Source of the DNA: Hypanus sabinus
Taxonomy: Eukaryota
Reading direction: 5' to 3'
DNA length: 64,000 nucleotides
Assembly: GCF_030144855.1 (NCBI RefSeq)
Contig: NC_082712.1
Span: forward strand, 143,344,001-143,408,000
Under the pieces are notes generated by a model. The model was not told the DNA's origin. It saw only the letters and a list, made by a program, of their open reading frames with translations, and ran no database searches. Made by a program: the position numbers and the translations under genes. Of this stretch, positions 61,400 to 64,000 are shown in pieces; position 1 is the first letter of the stretch; every line of letters starts with the position of its first letter.

Positions 61400-62011
61400 T
61401 TACCTCGGCTTCGGGTCTGCGGAGTGATTGTCCGTGTCCGTTTCCAGGGCACCCGTTGCCTGGGGAACGGCGCTCCCGGCCGGCTCCCTCTCCAGGTAGT
61501 CGCCGTGCAGCCGGAGCAGCGACTGCAGCTCTTTGATGTAGCTGATGGCGGCTCTCAGCGTCTCCACTTTGCTGAGTCTTTTCTCGGCCACCTCCTGTGG
61601 CAGGTGCTGCCTCAGCCGGGCGTAGCCCTCGTTCACGCATTTCACCCGCTGCCTCTCCCTTTCGTTGCGCTTGCGGATGAACGCGGGCTCGTACGAGTAG
61701 TCGTAGACGGCAGTGAAGGGGCTCTGGAAAGGCACCTGAGGGAAGTAGTGCCAACCCGAGAAGGCGTCGTTGCCGAAGGCATCGGGATAGGCGTGATCAG
61801 CGAACGACAGCAGCGAGATCTCGTCGGGGTGTCGGAGCCGCGGCGGCTCGGTGCTCGTCTGTAACGCGGACAGGTCGGCCGGGAATGACGGGGCCACCTG
61901 CACGCAGGGCGGGTCCGTAAAACTTATCCTCTCCAACAAACTGTCGTAACTTTCAGGCTCCACCTGGTACACGTAACCCGGAGATCTCAGAGCCATGGGG
62001 CTTCCGATCAT
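61400..62011 (-). CDS. ASCL3: Achaete-scute family bHLH transcription factor 3, 203 aa
   Basis: bHLH EPAFIRKRNERERQRVKCVNEGYARLRQHLP...KRLSKVETLRAAISYIKELQSLL is of the ASCL3/4/5 type. ASCL3 is chosen by synteny with C11orf16 and AKIP1. An acceptor ttcag|ctATG lies immediately upstream. Confidence 0.9.
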   Translation of the reverse strand: MIGSPMALRSPGYVYQVEPESYDSLLERISFTDPPCVQVAPSFPADLSALQTSTEPPRLRHPDEISLLSFADHAYPDAFGNDAFSGWHYFPQVPFQSPFTAVYDYSYEPAFIRKRNERERQRVKCVNEGYARLRQHLPQEVAEKRLSKVETLRAAISYIKELQSLLRLHGDYLEREPAGSAVPQATGALETDTDNHSADPKPR

Positions 62012-62487
62012 AGCTGAACTAAACTCGCACAGGGAACATCAAATACAAGATTAAAGAAAAATGAAATTAGTTTTGGAACAAGAGAGGAAATTTCAAAATA
62101 GCTTAACATAATCAGAAATCAGAACAGTGAATACATTCCACATAACACCACAAAGAGCCGGCGCACATACATGTTAATATATCCAACTAGTGACCAGGCT
62201 CTAGAATGCAATATATATCAGATTGAAATCCAGGGCTGATTTTTTTTTAAATCAAGCGTGTATTAGGTGCAATTCAAAATAAATTCACAACTTTTCGGTC
62301 CACATGATTATTAAGTAAATGGTCCACAGCTGAGCTGCTTTATAGAACTTTGCATGAAGCGGAAATTCTGATGACAATTTGATCAACTATTGAACTAAAG
62401 CGTTCTTTTCAAAATTCAATCGCAACTAAAATTCTGGAGGCAATGAAGCAACAATGATAATCAGATACGGAGCTTTTCAATTCTTAC

Positions 62488-62720
62488 CCGGAACTTATGG
62501 AAAATATAGAATTGGACACTCTTCGCTAAAGGCAAAAAAAATTAGACTGATGGAGAGCCCATAAACAACCGGTTTATGAGCTCTGCCAGAATAGCCCGAG
62601 GCTAGTTCGATCTGCAATATTGTGGTTTGGTGTTTTTTTTACACACTGGAACCAGCCAGATAGGCATATGTATCATTTTACATTACAGTCAGTTGTTGAA
62701 CCTAAGTGGTTCTGGTTAAC
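62488..62720 (-). promoter_or_regulatory. ASCL3: Putative ASCL3 non-coding exon 1 and proximal promoter
   Basis: Minus-strand donor CGG|gtaaga at 62487 could pair with the acceptor at 62014-62015; forkhead-like ATAAACA at 62561, AACCGGTT at 62567, CNRG-N6-CNRG at 62646. Confidence 0.5.
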
Positions 62721-64000
62721 ATTTTATTTTCCTAAAAGAAAACAGATTTTACTATTGTTACTCTTCAGCTTGCGTCGATTCAATTATCAATGAAATTTCT
62801 GAAATCTGTTCAGTGAATGGGCTCTACACGTGAAGGATTTCCTGGAGGAACAAATGAGGATAAACTCAGCTGCACTCTTGTTATGCGCAGTGTCGGGATT
62901 TTTTTTTTAAAGTCATTGCTTTGTATTTATTAGTTTCCATTTCCCGTTAACTTTTACTGTAAACGAGAAAGAATGATGTCAGTTCTGCGTGAGTAGTCTG
63001 AAGTTTGCTGAAATAGCACAAGTTGCGGAAAACGTACCGTAAGGTAAAACGGCATTCGACCATCAAAGCACGTTCTTTTGGCGGGCCCTGTGATAATAAA
63101 AGACCAATGTTTTTATTTATTAAGTGCCGTGCGCCATATCAGCCCTGGGAAAGCGTGAGGTTAACGCCCGTCACTTTTTGGCGCTACATTCACAGCAACA
63201 TATACTTGTATTAAAGTACCGTTGTAATTGCGTTTTTAACGAGCCAACTCCTAACATAAGAAAAACTTGGATTCCAGCAGCAGTTGGAGCTCCGATGTGG
63301 TTCTTGGATGTACAATAGCATCTGTTTTCCCAGCCGGAGAGTGATCCCGAGATGGTGGTTTAACCTCAAACCCATTTACTCTGAAATCTTTCAGCGCACA
63401 ATTGGTTTTGATAGAGTGTTTGATTCAGATATGTTGTGCATTTGCCAAAAACCTCCAATGAGATCCAAAGCAATTTGTCAAAAGGAAGTGATATATTGAT
63501 AAGGCATTTCATCGTAGAGCCTACATGGAGAGGGTTATTGTTTCTTTCCGCACTTGTTAAACCAGCATTGGCTACATTTCATGATGTAGTTTATTGGCTA
63601 TGAAGCTGTGATATCTCGGCAGTCAGAAAAAGTGAAAGTGAAATAAAAGTCTTATTTTATTTTCTTGAACCACTTGCTCGACTGTAAATGTAACCCTGCC
63701 AAATATCAATTAAGGTTGCCTTTTGTGATTTTGTTATAACCACTTTCCTGAACTTTTACCAACTCTCTGTGGGCTTTATAACCATCTATTAAGCACTTGA
63801 CAAAGGTCAATAAAATAAGTTAGGTTTAAGCAGAGTGGCAATTGTGTGAGTGGACAGTGCTAGAGTGGATAAGCTTTTGCTTATTAGGCTTGGGTGAGAA
63901 GTGGTAAAGTGTCTAGATAGGTTTCTTGTAAGTCTCTGTCTTTCCTTATCTTTTAGCACATCACTAGTGCAATGAGAATGGGCCCATGGCTGGTGGTACG

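Noticed and set aside
61212-61864. ORFs 61277..61864 (+, 195 aa) and 61212..61754 (-, 180 aa)
   Set aside because: Shadow ORFs of the GC-rich ASCL3 CDS; no recognisable protein features.
61400-62011. Naming the bHLH gene ASCL4 or ASCL5
   Set aside because: The bHLH alone is ambiguous, but adjacency to C11orf16 and AKIP1 matches the ASCL3 locus.

Overview
Vertebrate genomic DNA, most likely a cartilaginous fish (ray or shark), inferred from the repeat families: CR1, Penelope-like, V-SINE/HE1-like and Rex1/Babar. It carries the conserved block (DENND2B/ST5 5' side?) - AKIP1 (+) - C11orf16 homolog (-) - ASCL3 (-). Manual splicing gives AKIP1 as 4 coding exons (160 aa). It gives a C11orf16 homolog of 10 phase-consistent coding exons (830 aa) with an N-terminal VWA domain, a DUF4537/Tudor-like core and a C-terminal coiled coil. 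ASCL3 has a single coding exon (203 aa). Introns and intergenic DNA are dense with decayed transposons, and there is one 166-N gap. The most notable observations are: (1) about 9 dispersed Penelope pLTR-derived repeats, several retaining a minimal hammerhead-ribozyme core and two folded back into hairpins; (2) the VWA3B-like architecture of the C11orf16 homolog; (3) its possible premature stop next to a truncated Tc1 element; (4) RFX X-box clusters at its promoter and inside the ASCL3 coding sequence; (5) a forkhead/Grainyhead-CP2 motif cluster upstream of ASCL3. Gene names rest on recalled protein similarity and synteny, not on a database search.
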